A DNA stretch of 64,000 nt, from positions 2,187 through 66,186 of the forward strand of contig JARFUG010000010.1 of the NCBI GenBank assembly GCA_029289095.1, written 5' to 3'. The first letter of the stretch is position 1, and every line of letters begins with the position of its first letter. Positions 18,689-26,756 of the stretch are shown one piece after another. This DNA is from Desulfuromonadales bacterium (GTDB taxonomy: Bacteria > Desulfobacterota > Desulfuromonadia > Desulfuromonadales > JACZKF01). The translations under genes were made by a program, and so were the position numbers. The notes under the pieces are model-generated. The model was not told the origin of the DNA. It ran no database searches and was given only the letters and a program-made list of their open reading frames with translations.

Positions 18689-19666
18689 ATGCAGCTTTTC
18701 CTGTTATTTTGCCTATTCTTCGCCCTGGCGCTGCAACCCGGCCATGCCGCCGCATTCGAACCCGTCCCCTTCGCCACGCGCAACCTGAACCCCCTGGTGC
18801 AGATCCACGGACTCCCCATTCCCAAAGGGGGGCGGGTGACGGCGCCGGGGGAGACCGCCCTGCTGCTCAATTACAACCTCGCCAGCCACTTCGCCCGCAA
18901 GCGGCGCGGCGAAGAGCTGATCTTCCTCGACGGCGAGACCCACCGCCTCGAGCTTCACCTGCGCCGGGGTCTGCGACCGGGTCTGGAGGTCGGCGTCGAA
19001 ATCCCGTGGATCAGACACAGCGGCGGCTTTCTCGACAACTTCATCGACGGATGGCACGACCTGACGGGGCTCCCCGGCGGCGGACGCGGCAGAGTCCCGC
19101 GCAACCAGATCCTCTTCGCCTACCGGCACGAGGACGAAGTCGTCCGCTTCCTCGATGAAAGCGCCGCAGGGCTCGGCGACGTTCGCCTCACGGCAGGCTG
19201 GCTTTTGCCCTGGGGCGAGGATTCCGACTCGATGGCGCTGCGCGCGGGGCTCAAACTCCCTACGGGAGACAGCGATCGCCTGACCGGCAGCGGCGCCGCA
19301 GCGTTCTCTCTCGCCCTGGACGGACGCAGGGACAGCGGTGCATGGAGTTGGTTCGGTTCGGGCGGCACTCTGCTTATGGCGCGGGGCGACATCCTGCCCG
19401 AGCGCCAGAGAAGGCTCGTGGGATTCGGTTCGCTCGGGACGGCATGGAAGCCTCTGGAGCGCCTCGCCCTGAAGATCCAGCTCGACGGGCACACCTCCTT
19501 TTACGACAGCTCTCTCACCCCCTTGGGGCCATCTCTTCAGCTCGTCCTCGGCGGAACGGTGGCGTTTTCCGAACATACGACCCTCGAACTGGCCATCGTC
19601 GAGGATCTTGTCGTCTACTCCGCCCCCGACGTCGTCTTTCACCTCGCCCTTCACACCCGTTTCTGA
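18689..19666 (+). CDS. DUF3187-family outer-membrane protein
   Basis: Signal peptide, HSGGFLDNFIDGWH, GLKLPTG, APDVVF and a terminal Phe. Confidence 0.75.
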   Translation: MQLFLLFCLFFALALQPGHAAAFEPVPFATRNLNPLVQIHGLPIPKGGRVTAPGETALLLNYNLASHFARKRRGEELIFLDGETHRLELHLRRGLRPGLEVGVEIPWIRHSGGFLDNFIDGWHDLTGLPGGGRGRVPRNQILFAYRHEDEVVRFLDESAAGLGDVRLTAGWLLPWGEDSDSMALRAGLKLPTGDSDRLTGSGAAAFSLALDGRRDSGAWSWFGSGGTLLMARGDILPERQRRLVGFGSLGTAWKPLERLALKIQLDGHTSFYDSSLTPLGPSLQLVLGGTVAFSEHTTLELAIVEDLVVYSAPDVVFHLALHTRF

Positions 19667-19756
19667 TTTCCGCCTTCCTTCTTTCGTCCGGCATGTTGAC
19701 AATCCGCATCCAGATGATTAATTTTCCACCGATACGGACCCGAAGGAGATTTCTAC

Positions 19757-22192
19757 ATGAGCGAAACTTCTGAAAATATCGCAGACGCGGAGAGCGTCTC
19801 CGGAACGGCATCGGAGGAGGAGCAGGCCGAGGGCCTCGTTGTCGCCTCGGAAATCCTCCCCCCCTCTCTCCCCATTCTTCCTCTGCGTCCCCGACCTGCC
19901 TTTCCCGGCATTCTCATCCCGATGTCGGTCAGCGGACACGAACGGGTCGCGGCGATTCGGCGCGCCATGGAAACGCCCTCGCAGGCCCTCGGCATGGTCA
20001 TGGTCCGGGATCTGGAAGCCGACGACGGTCCGGAGAACCTCCACAGAATTGGGGTGGTCGGGAAGATCCTGAAGATCGCCCACATGGATGAGGAGAACGC
20101 CAATTTCCTCATCAACTGTCTCGAGCGGTTCACCATCGATCACCTGATCCACACCGACCGTGGGCTTTACGCCGACGTGCGTTACCACTATGCACCGGAG
20201 CTCTCGGTCAATCCCGAGCTCAAGGCCTACTCGATGGCGATCATTTCCGCCCTGAAGGAACTGGTGCAGATCAATCCGCTCTATTCCGAGGAGATCAAGC
20301 TCTTTCTCACGCGCTCGAGCATGGACGACCCTGGACGTCTGGCCGATTTTGCCGCCAATCTCACCAGCGCCGACGGGCAGGAGCTGCAGCAGATTCTGCA
20401 GACTTTCGAAGTACGAAAGCGCATCGATCGCGTCCTGGTGCTGCTGAAAAAAGAGTTGGAAGTCTCGCGCCTGCAGACGCGCATCAGCAAGCAGATCGAG
20501 GAGAAGATCAGCGCCCAGCAGCGCGAGTTCTTCCTTAAGGAGCAGCTCAAGGCGATCAAGAAGGAACTGGGGCTGGAAAAAGAAGGGAAGACGGCGGAGA
20601 TCGAGCGCTTTGAGGAGCGTCTGCAATCGCTCAAGCTCAACGAAGCGGCGCAGCGGGCGGTGGAGGAAGAGCTCGACAAGTTCCGCATGATCGAGCCGAG
20701 CTCTCCCGAGTACACCGTCACCCGCAACTATCTCGACTGGCTGACGATTCTCCCCTGGGGGAAGAACAGCAGGGACACCTTCAACATCGATCGCGCCCGG
20801 CGCGTCCTCGACCGCGACCACTACGGTCTCGAGGACGTCAAGGAGCGCATCCTCGAATTCATCGCCGTGGGCAAGATGAAGGGAGACATCTCCGGCTCCA
20901 TCCTCTGCCTCGTCGGCCCCCCCGGCGTCGGCAAGACCTCCATCGGGCACAGCATTGCGACAGCGATCGGGCGGCGCTTCTACCGTTTCTCCCTGGGAGG
21001 GATGCGCGACGAGGCGGAGATCAAGGGGCATCGGCGCACCTACATCGGGGCGATGCCCGGCAAGTTCATCCAGGCGATGAAGGGGGCCGGCACGGCAAAC
21101 CCCGTCCTGATGCTCGACGAAATCGACAAGATCGGCGCCAGCTTCCACGGCGACCCTGCCTCGGCGCTGCTGGAGGTCCTTGATCCGGAGCAAAACGGCT
21201 CCTTTCGCGACCACTACCTCGACGTCCCCTTCGATCTCTCTCACGTCCTGTTCGTCGCCACGGCGAACCAGCTCGATACGATCCCCGCGCCGCTACTCGA
21301 CCGCATGGAGGTCATCCGCCTCTCGGGGTACATTCTCGATGAAAAGGTGGAGATCGCCCGGCGCTATCTCATCCCCAAGGCGCTGGAGGCTCACGGGCTC
21401 AAGAAGGGGCAGGTCACGATCCGCCGCGACGCCCTGCGCACTCTCATCGACGGCTATGCGCGGGAGGCCGGTGTGCGAGGGCTGGAGAACCGCATCAAGA
21501 AGATCATGCGCAAGGCGGCGATGGAGTTCGCCAGGGGGCGCACCGACGGCATCACCATCGGGAAAAAAGATCTGGAGAAATTCCTCGGCAAGCCCCTTTT
21601 CCAGGAGGAGGAGGTCTTCGAAGGGGTTCCCGGGGTCGTGACAGGTCTCGCATGGACGAGCATGGGAGGGGCGACGCTGCAGATCGAGGCGACCGCCATG
21701 CCGAGCAAAAGCAAGGGGTTCAAGCAGACGGGGCAACTCGGCAACGTCATGATCGAGAGCTCGGACATCGCCTACTCGTACGTCATGGCGCACCTGGAGC
21801 GCTACGGCGCCCCGGCCGACTACTTCGACACCCGCTTCGTCCACCTCCACGTCCCCGCCGGCGCCACCCCCAAGGACGGCCCGTCGGCGGGAATCACCAT
21901 GGCAACGGCGCTTCTGTCCATGCTCACCGAAAGGCCCGTCCTCAAGAAGCTGGGGATGACGGGGGAGCTCACCCTCACCGGCCGCGTCCTGCCCATCGGC
22001 GGGGTGAAGGAAAAGACGATCGCCGCCCGCCGCGCCGGGTTGCAGACCCTCCTCTTCCCCGAAGGAAACCGCAAGGATTACGAAGAGCTCCCCGACTACC
22101 TCAAGGAGGGGCTCGCCGTACACTTCGTGCGCGACTATGACGAAGTGTACCGGGTGGCGTTCGAAGCCGATGAACATACTGAGCGAACCTGA
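19757..22192 (+). CDS. lon: Lon ATP-dependent protease
   Basis: GPPGVGKTS Walker A, GHRRTYIGAMPG, catalytic PKDGPSAG and IGGVKEK. Confidence 0.97.
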   Translation: MSETSENIADAESVSGTASEEEQAEGLVVASEILPPSLPILPLRPRPAFPGILIPMSVSGHERVAAIRRAMETPSQALGMVMVRDLEADDGPENLHRIGVVGKILKIAHMDEENANFLINCLERFTIDHLIHTDRGLYADVRYHYAPELSVNPELKAYSMAIISALKELVQINPLYSEEIKLFLTRSSMDDPGRLADFAANLTSADGQELQQILQTFEVRKRIDRVLVLLKKELEVSRLQTRISKQIEEKISAQQREFFLKEQLKAIKKELGLEKEGKTAEIERFEERLQSLKLNEAAQRAVEEELDKFRMIEPSSPEYTVTRNYLDWLTILPWGKNSRDTFNIDRARRVLDRDHYGLEDVKERILEFIAVGKMKGDISGSILCLVGPPGVGKTSIGHSIATAIGRRFYRFSLGGMRDEAEIKGHRRTYIGAMPGKFIQAMKGAGTANPVLMLDEIDKIGASFHGDPASALLEVLDPEQNGSFRDHYLDVPFDLSHVLFVATANQLDTIPAPLLDRMEVIRLSGYILDEKVEIARRYLIPKALEAHGLKKGQVTIRRDALRTLIDGYAREAGVRGLENRIKKIMRKAAMEFARGRTDGITIGKKDLEKFLGKPLFQEEEVFEGVPGVVTGLAWTSMGGATLQIEATAMPSKSKGFKQTGQLGNVMIESSDIAYSYVMAHLERYGAPADYFDTRFVHLHVPAGATPKDGPSAGITMATALLSMLTERPVLKKLGMTGELTLTGRVLPIGGVKEKTIAARRAGLQTLLFPEGNRKDYEELPDYLKEGLAVHFVRDYDEVYRVAFEADEHTERT

Positions 22193-22619
22193 AGCCGCCT
22201 GCACATTCTGCCGCATCACCGCCGGGGAGCTCCCGGCGGCGATCGTCTTCGAGGACGAGAACTCCCTGGCCTTTCTCGACCGTCGCCCACTGTTCGCCGG
22301 GCACTGCCTGCTGATCCCAAGAGCCCATCACCCCACCCTGCCCGACCTGCCCCCCGAGCTTGTCGCCGCTCTGTTCGCCAATGTCTGCCTCCTCGCCCGG
22401 GCCGTCGAGGAGGCGATGGGGGCCGAGGGCTCCTTCATCGGCATCAACAACCGCGTCAGCCAGAGCGTCCCCCACCTGCATGTGCACATCGTCCCTCGCC
22501 GCCGCGGCGACGGCCTCAAAGGATTTTTCTGGCCGCGCCGCCCCTACGCCGACGAGGCGCAGATGCTCATGACCCGCGACAAGATCTGCGCCTCCCTTGC
22601 GGCTCTTCTCCAGGAATGA
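22170..22619 (+). CDS. HIT family hydrolase
   Basis: CTFC zinc motif and HLHVHIV histidine triad. Overlaps the lon end. Confidence 0.92.
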   Translation: MNILSEPEAACTFCRITAGELPAAIVFEDENSLAFLDRRPLFAGHCLLIPRAHHPTLPDLPPELVAALFANVCLLARAVEEAMGAEGSFIGINNRVSQSVPHLHVHIVPRRRGDGLKGFFWPRRPYADEAQMLMTRDKICASLAALLQE

Positions 22620-22631
22620 AGGACTCTGCGG

Positions 22632-22660
22632 TTGACATCACTGCGCCGAGCGATTAGATT
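22632..22660 (+). promoter_or_regulatory. Sigma70-like promoter
   Basis: TTGACA-17 nt-TAGATT upstream of the ORF at 22827. Confidence 0.55.
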
Positions 22661-22695
22661 TCTCCCCAACCAAAATTGATGCACTCAAAAAACCT

Positions 22696-22779
22696 TTCAC
22701 CACCGAGGCGCCAAGCACACCAAGAAAAGCTCTGCAAGGATCATGGGCTCTCTTTGTGTCTTGGCGTCTGGGTGGTAGA
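22696..22779. repeat. Inverted-repeat element (CACCAC.GAGGCGCCAAG type)
   Basis: TTCACCACCGAGGCGCCAAGCACACCAAGA ... TCTTTGTGTCTTGGCGTCTGGGTGGTAGA. Confidence 0.75.
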
Positions 22780-22826
22780 TTTTGAATTTTTGAGAAACCC
22801 TATCCAACGAAGAAGGGAAATGCCAA

Positions 22827-23051
22827 ATGACCACTGAAGAACTCAAGTCCGCCGTCCTGGCCCTCTCCGCCGAGGAGAAGAAGGCCTTCATCCTCGAAAC
22901 CCTTCCCGATCTGGCTCGCGAGGGGATGCAGGACCCCGCCTTTCTCATGCAGCTCTTCCCCGTCTTCACCGGACTGCTCAAGGAAAGCGGCGTCGACATT
23001 CAGCAGCTTCTGCAGTTCGCCGCGATGATGGGGGGCAATAACCGGGCATGA
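22827..23051 (+). CDS. Small hypothetical helical protein
   Basis: 74 aa, host-like codon usage, purine-rich RBS, upstream promoter. Confidence 0.75.
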   Translation: MTTEELKSAVLALSAEEKKAFILETLPDLAREGMQDPAFLMQLFPVFTGLLKESGVDIQQLLQFAAMMGGNNRA

Positions 23052-23085
23052 GAGCAAACCTGTCGATGGCTCATGTTTTTCCCCA

Positions 23086-23286
23086 TTGACGCCTGTCACC
23101 GGAAACTGCTAGTTTATTTCCCCATGAGCCGCTATCCTGAAAAAACCGAAATGATTCGCCTCTGGTGGCGCTGGACCCTGAACACGAGGTCCGCGCGCTC
23201 CTGATTGCCCGATTGCGCCGCGGCCCGCACGGTCCGCGGCAGACGAACGAAGAGAAGCCGCGGCCCCTTGTGACCGCGGCTTTTTT
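23086..23286 (+). promoter_or_regulatory. Trp attenuator upstream of trpS (promoter, leader ORF, alternative hairpins, terminator)
   Basis: TTGACG-18 nt-TAGTTT promoter. GCCGCGGCCC 23217-23226, GGTCCGCGGC 23231-23240 and terminator AAGCCGCGGCC..GACCGCGGCTTTTTT 23255-23286 can pair in mutually exclusive ways. Confidence 0.8.
23124..23204 (+). CDS. Trp-rich leader peptide (MSRYPEKTE)MIRLWWRWTLNTRSARS
   Basis: Three TGG codons within four (23163-23174). Starts at ATG 23124 or 23151, stops at TGA 23202-23204. Confidence 0.8.
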   Translation: MSRYPEKTEMIRLWWRWTLNTRSARS

Positions 23287-23321
23287 CCTTTTCTGACGAT
23301 ACCAAGAAGGAGCATTTTTCC

Positions 23322-24287
23322 ATGCGCGTCCTCTCGGGCATTCAGCCCTCCGGCTCCCTGCACCTGGGGAACTATTTCGGCATGATGAAGAAGATGATCG
23401 ACTACCAGGAGAACGAAGATCTGTTCTGCTTCATCGCCAACTACCATGCCATGACCTCGCTGAGCGACGGCAAGGCGCTCGCCCGCGGGACCATCGAAGC
23501 GGCGGCCAACTTCCTGGCGCTCGGAATGGACCCGGAAAAGAGCACCTTCTGGGTGCAGTCGGATCTGCCCGAGGTTCAGGAACTCTCGTGGATCCTCTCC
23601 AACTTCACCCCCATGGGGCTGCTCGAGCGCTGCCACAGCTACAAGGACAAGACCGCCCGCGGGATCGCTCCCAACCACGGCCTCTTCGCCTATCCGGTGC
23701 TGATGACAGCCGACATCCTCATCTTTCAGAGCGACCGAGTCCCGGTTGGCAAAGACCAGAAGCAGCATCTGGAGGTGGCGCGAGATATCGCCATCAAATT
23801 CAACAACGTGTACGGAGACGTCTTCACCGTCCCCGAACCGGAGATCGACGAGGAAGTCGCCACCGTCCCCGGCCTCGACGGGCAGAAGATGAGCAAGAGC
23901 TACGGCAACACCATCGATCTGTTCACCGAAGAGAAAGCGCTTCGCAAACAGGTGATGCGCATCGTCACCGATCCCACGCCGGTGGAGGAGCCCAAAGATC
24001 CCGACAAGTGCAACGTCTTCCAGATCTACCGCCTTTTTCTGGACAAGGAACGGACGGAGGCGCTGCGCCGACGCTACCTGGCCGGAGGAATGGGATACGG
24101 GGAAGTGAAGGAGGAGCTCTTTGTCAAGATCCGGGATTATTTCGCCCCTTACGCCGAACGGCGAAGAGAACTCCTTGCCGACCCTGAAGGGCTGCGCCGC
24201 ATGCTGGCCCAGGGCGCGGAAAAGGCCCGGCATGCCGCCCGTAAAGTGATGCGCAAGGTCAGGAAAAAAACGGGGTTGGAGTACTAG
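23322..24287 (+). CDS. trpS: Tryptophanyl-tRNA synthetase
   Basis: SGIQPSG, HLGN, YPVLMTADIL, VPVGKDQKQH and KMSKS motifs. Confidence 0.98.
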   Translation: MRVLSGIQPSGSLHLGNYFGMMKKMIDYQENEDLFCFIANYHAMTSLSDGKALARGTIEAAANFLALGMDPEKSTFWVQSDLPEVQELSWILSNFTPMGLLERCHSYKDKTARGIAPNHGLFAYPVLMTADILIFQSDRVPVGKDQKQHLEVARDIAIKFNNVYGDVFTVPEPEIDEEVATVPGLDGQKMSKSYGNTIDLFTEEKALRKQVMRIVTDPTPVEEPKDPDKCNVFQIYRLFLDKERTEALRRRYLAGGMGYGEVKEELFVKIRDYFAPYAERRRELLADPEGLRRMLAQGAEKARHAARKVMRKVRKKTGLEY

Positions 24288-24292
24288 AAAGC

Positions 24293-24313
24293 GGGAGTTG
24301 GGAGTTGGGAGTT
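24293..24313. repeat. Heptamer tandem repeat (GGGAGTT)x3
   Basis: Directly after the trpS stop. Inverted counterpart at 25137-25161. Confidence 0.75.
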
Positions 24314-24379
24314 GGCTGTTGCCTCCCCCCCTTTCCCTGTCATACTTGGTGTTAGGGGCATATAACGGGAGGAGAGAGG

Positions 24380-24559
24380 ATGGACGTCTATCGTATCTGG
24401 TACTGCCGGTGCACCGGGAAACCGCTCGAACTCAGCTACGAAGATCCGACTGAAGAAGAGTCCAGGGGAGAGCCTGTGTGTCAGGCGTGCGGCGCCTCCC
24501 CTTCCTCGGACCCACGCAAGACGATCTCCTACCGGGACGTGGAGAACTGGAACGACTGA
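24380..24559 (+). CDS. Small Cys-containing protein (possible zinc ribbon), 59 aa
   Basis: Read by hand: MDVYRIWYCRCTGKPLELSYEDPTEEESRGEPVCQACGASPSSDPRKTISYRDVENWND, with a strong GGAGGAGAGAGG RBS. Confidence 0.75.
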   Translation: MDVYRIWYCRCTGKPLELSYEDPTEEESRGEPVCQACGASPSSDPRKTISYRDVENWND

Positions 24560-24562
24560 GCG

Positions 24563-24730
24563 TCACTCCTCCCGGATGAAAACTACGAAGGCCATGGCGG
24601 GGCGACGGCTCGCCTCGCGCATGGCGAACTGGATTCCCTCCAGACGCCAGCCGCGGGCGGTCCAGTCGTTCAGAATCTCTTCCAGACTTTCATCGGTGAC
24701 GGTGCTCGTTTCAACAACTTTATAGTGCAT
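24563..24730 (-). CDS. DUF4177-like small protein, 55 aa
   Basis: Read by hand: MHYKVVETSTVTDESLEEILNDWTARGWRLEGIQFAMREASRRPAMAFVVFIREE, with a GGGGAG RBS. Confidence 0.8.
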   Translation of the reverse strand: MHYKVVETSTVTDESLEEILNDWTARGWRLEGIQFAMREASRRPAMAFVVFIREE

Positions 24731-24825
24731 TTCACTCCCCTTTCGATCATAATCCCGTAATCTTTACCACAGTCTCGCAGAGGTCGGAGTCGGGCAACCG
24801 CAGGTCCTGAATTGAGGAGCATCTC

Positions 24826-25095
24826 ATGCCGATTTCCGGAAGTCCCAAGAAGATGGCCCAGGACATCGCAGACGGCTTCATGAGCCTGTCGCCCCCTCTG
24901 CTGCGCCCCTACTCCCCCGCCGATCTGAAAACCATCCTTGCGAATCTCTCGGTAGTGGCACGCGATCTGCGCCAGGAACAGATCCCGGCGGAAGACGTCA
25001 TGGCGACCAAAGCCAAAAACATGAAGCTCATCCGCATCAATCAGGCCGAAACGGTCATCCGCGCCTGGTGCAAAAAAAAGCGCATCAATCTGTGA
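24826..25095 (+). CDS. Hypothetical protein, 89 aa
   Basis: GAGGAG RBS, host-like codon usage. Confidence 0.75.
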   Translation: MPISGSPKKMAQDIADGFMSLSPPLLRPYSPADLKTILANLSVVARDLRQEQIPAEDVMATKAKNMKLIRINQAETVIRAWCKKKRINL

Positions 25096-25136
25096 GAAAG
25101 GAGGGCTTCAGGCACTCCGCCGGCCTCTTGCTCTTG

Positions 25137-25161
25137 CTCCCAACTCCCAACTACTAACTCC
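25137..25161. repeat. Heptamer repeat (CTCCCAA)n, inverted relative to 24293-24313
   Basis: CTCCCAA CTCCCAA CTACTAA CTCC. Contains the stop codon of the TIGR02757 gene. Confidence 0.7.
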
Positions 25162-25996
25162 TGCACCTCCCCCGCACCGCACACTCCTTGCACCACGCTC
25201 CCTTCTTCCCCGTACACCCTTCGCTGATCCCCAGGTGCGACAAGGCGAAATCGTAGCGCACCGGGTCTTTCGGATCGAGTCGTCGCAGGCTTTCGGTCGC
25301 CTCCAGGGCCATTTTCCACCCAGGGCTTTTTCTCTGCACGAGCCCCAGCAGCACGGAGATGCGAGCGGTATGGGTGTCGAGAGGGAGAACAAGACGCGCC
25401 GGAGATACACCTTGCCATAAGCCGAGATCGATGCCGTCGTCGGGACGACAGACCCATCGCAGGAACATGCACAGGCGCTTGCAGGCACTCCCCCCGGACG
25501 GACTCGGCAGAAGATACGCAAAGCCGTCGGGCCTTCGACGCGGACCGAACAGGGGGGACAGGTCGGTCTGTAGAAGACGGGAGGAGAAGGCGCTCAGCGC
25601 CAGACCGATATCCGGCTCACCGGGATCGTCTCCCTGAAGAAAGAAGTCCTCGAGGCTTCCGGCCGTTTCGATGGCGCACCGTATCGCCCAGCACAGCGCG
25701 CTGATATCCTCGCCGGTGTTGAAGCGGTGCCTGAACCCGGCAAGGCGGCGCACGTCACGGCGCGGATCGAACCTGCGAATGAAGAGCGCAGGCCCCTCGG
25801 GCATGCGGCGAAGCAGATCTTCAAGACTCTGCTGGATCGACGCCACACGGCCGTACGCAAGGACGGCACAGAGCACGGCGGCCGCTTCCCGGTCGGCCGG
25901 ATCGCGATACCGGCGAGGAAATGACAGGGGATCGTTGGCAAGGAAGGCCGCTCCGCGCTCCTGCAGAACTTTGTCAAGGATCACTTTGAGTTTCAT
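25154..25996 (-). CDS. TIGR02757/DUF2400 family protein (HhH-like putative DNA repair)
   Basis: DPLSFP, LAYGRV, SACKRLCMFLRWVCR, PLDTH and DPVRYDFAL motifs. Confidence 0.9.
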   Translation of the reverse strand: MKLKVILDKVLQERGAAFLANDPLSFPRRYRDPADREAAAVLCAVLAYGRVASIQQSLEDLLRRMPEGPALFIRRFDPRRDVRRLAGFRHRFNTGEDISALCWAIRCAIETAGSLEDFFLQGDDPGEPDIGLALSAFSSRLLQTDLSPLFGPRRRPDGFAYLLPSPSGGSACKRLCMFLRWVCRPDDGIDLGLWQGVSPARLVLPLDTHTARISVLLGLVQRKSPGWKMALEATESLRRLDPKDPVRYDFALSHLGISEGCTGKKGAWCKECAVRGRCRS

Positions 25997-26479
25997 GTGG
26001 GAAAGCTAGCACATCAGAAGTGCCGGAGGCCACCGGAAAAGCAGAGGAATTTCGAGGATGAAATCCCACATAGGGAATGAATTACCCCATCAGATAAAAC
26101 AAAATTTTATTGTTCCCCTCGTGTTTTTTTATCATTGCGTAAACGCAATGGAATTCGGTCAAGATGGCCAAATTTCATACAGCGAAACAACGGGTTTGAC
26201 AAATAATTTATATTGACACCCACATAGAACAGCATATTATATGGCGAAAATATTTGACCATGATAAGGCAATTATTACCAATTTAATACCTATTCCCAGA
26301 CTGGCCATGTGACAATAATTGAAAACTGCAATTGACAAGACTCCCCACGACACCTGAGGAGGTGACGAGCGCAGGGACCATGAATCGCGTGCAACCGCAA
26401 TGCGGAGTATGTTGCGTTTTTTTGCGTGCGCATGAGCGCACTTATTGGTGAGAGAGCCCAAAGTCAAAGGAGTAAGATC

Positions 26480-26746
26480 ATGGGACACGGACCAGCAGTC
26501 AAACTCGGGAAGGACAACGCCTCTGCGTACAAGACCCGCATCGGCATCAGCATGTTCTTCGTCTACACCCTGGCGTACATCGGTTACGTGGGGATCAACG
26601 CCGTCAAGCCGACCTGGATGGGGGTCACTTTCGGCGGTCTGAATGTGGCGACGCTCTACGGCATTGGCCTGATCGTCTTCGCCTTCGTTCTGGCGCTTGT
26701 CTACAATCACTTCTGCACTGCCGCCGAGAAGCGGCTGAACAAGTAA
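26480..26746 (+). CDS. DUF485 small membrane protein (ActP partner)
   Basis: Two TMs, AAAGGAG RBS before ATG 26480, immediately upstream of actP. Confidence 0.85.
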   Translation: MGHGPAVKLGKDNASAYKTRIGISMFFVYTLAYIGYVGINAVKPTWMGVTFGGLNVATLYGIGLIVFAFVLALVYNHFCTAAEKRLNK

Positions 26747-26756
26747 GGGGGATACC

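Noticed and set aside
23100-23290. T-box riboswitch upstream of trpS
   Set aside because: No GGTGGNACCGCG T-box motif. The leader-peptide model explains the region better.
24572-24585. CCGGATGAAAACT matching the hairpin arm at 13055-13067
   Set aside because: It lies inside the coding end of the DUF4177-like gene and has no partner arm, so it is likely chance.
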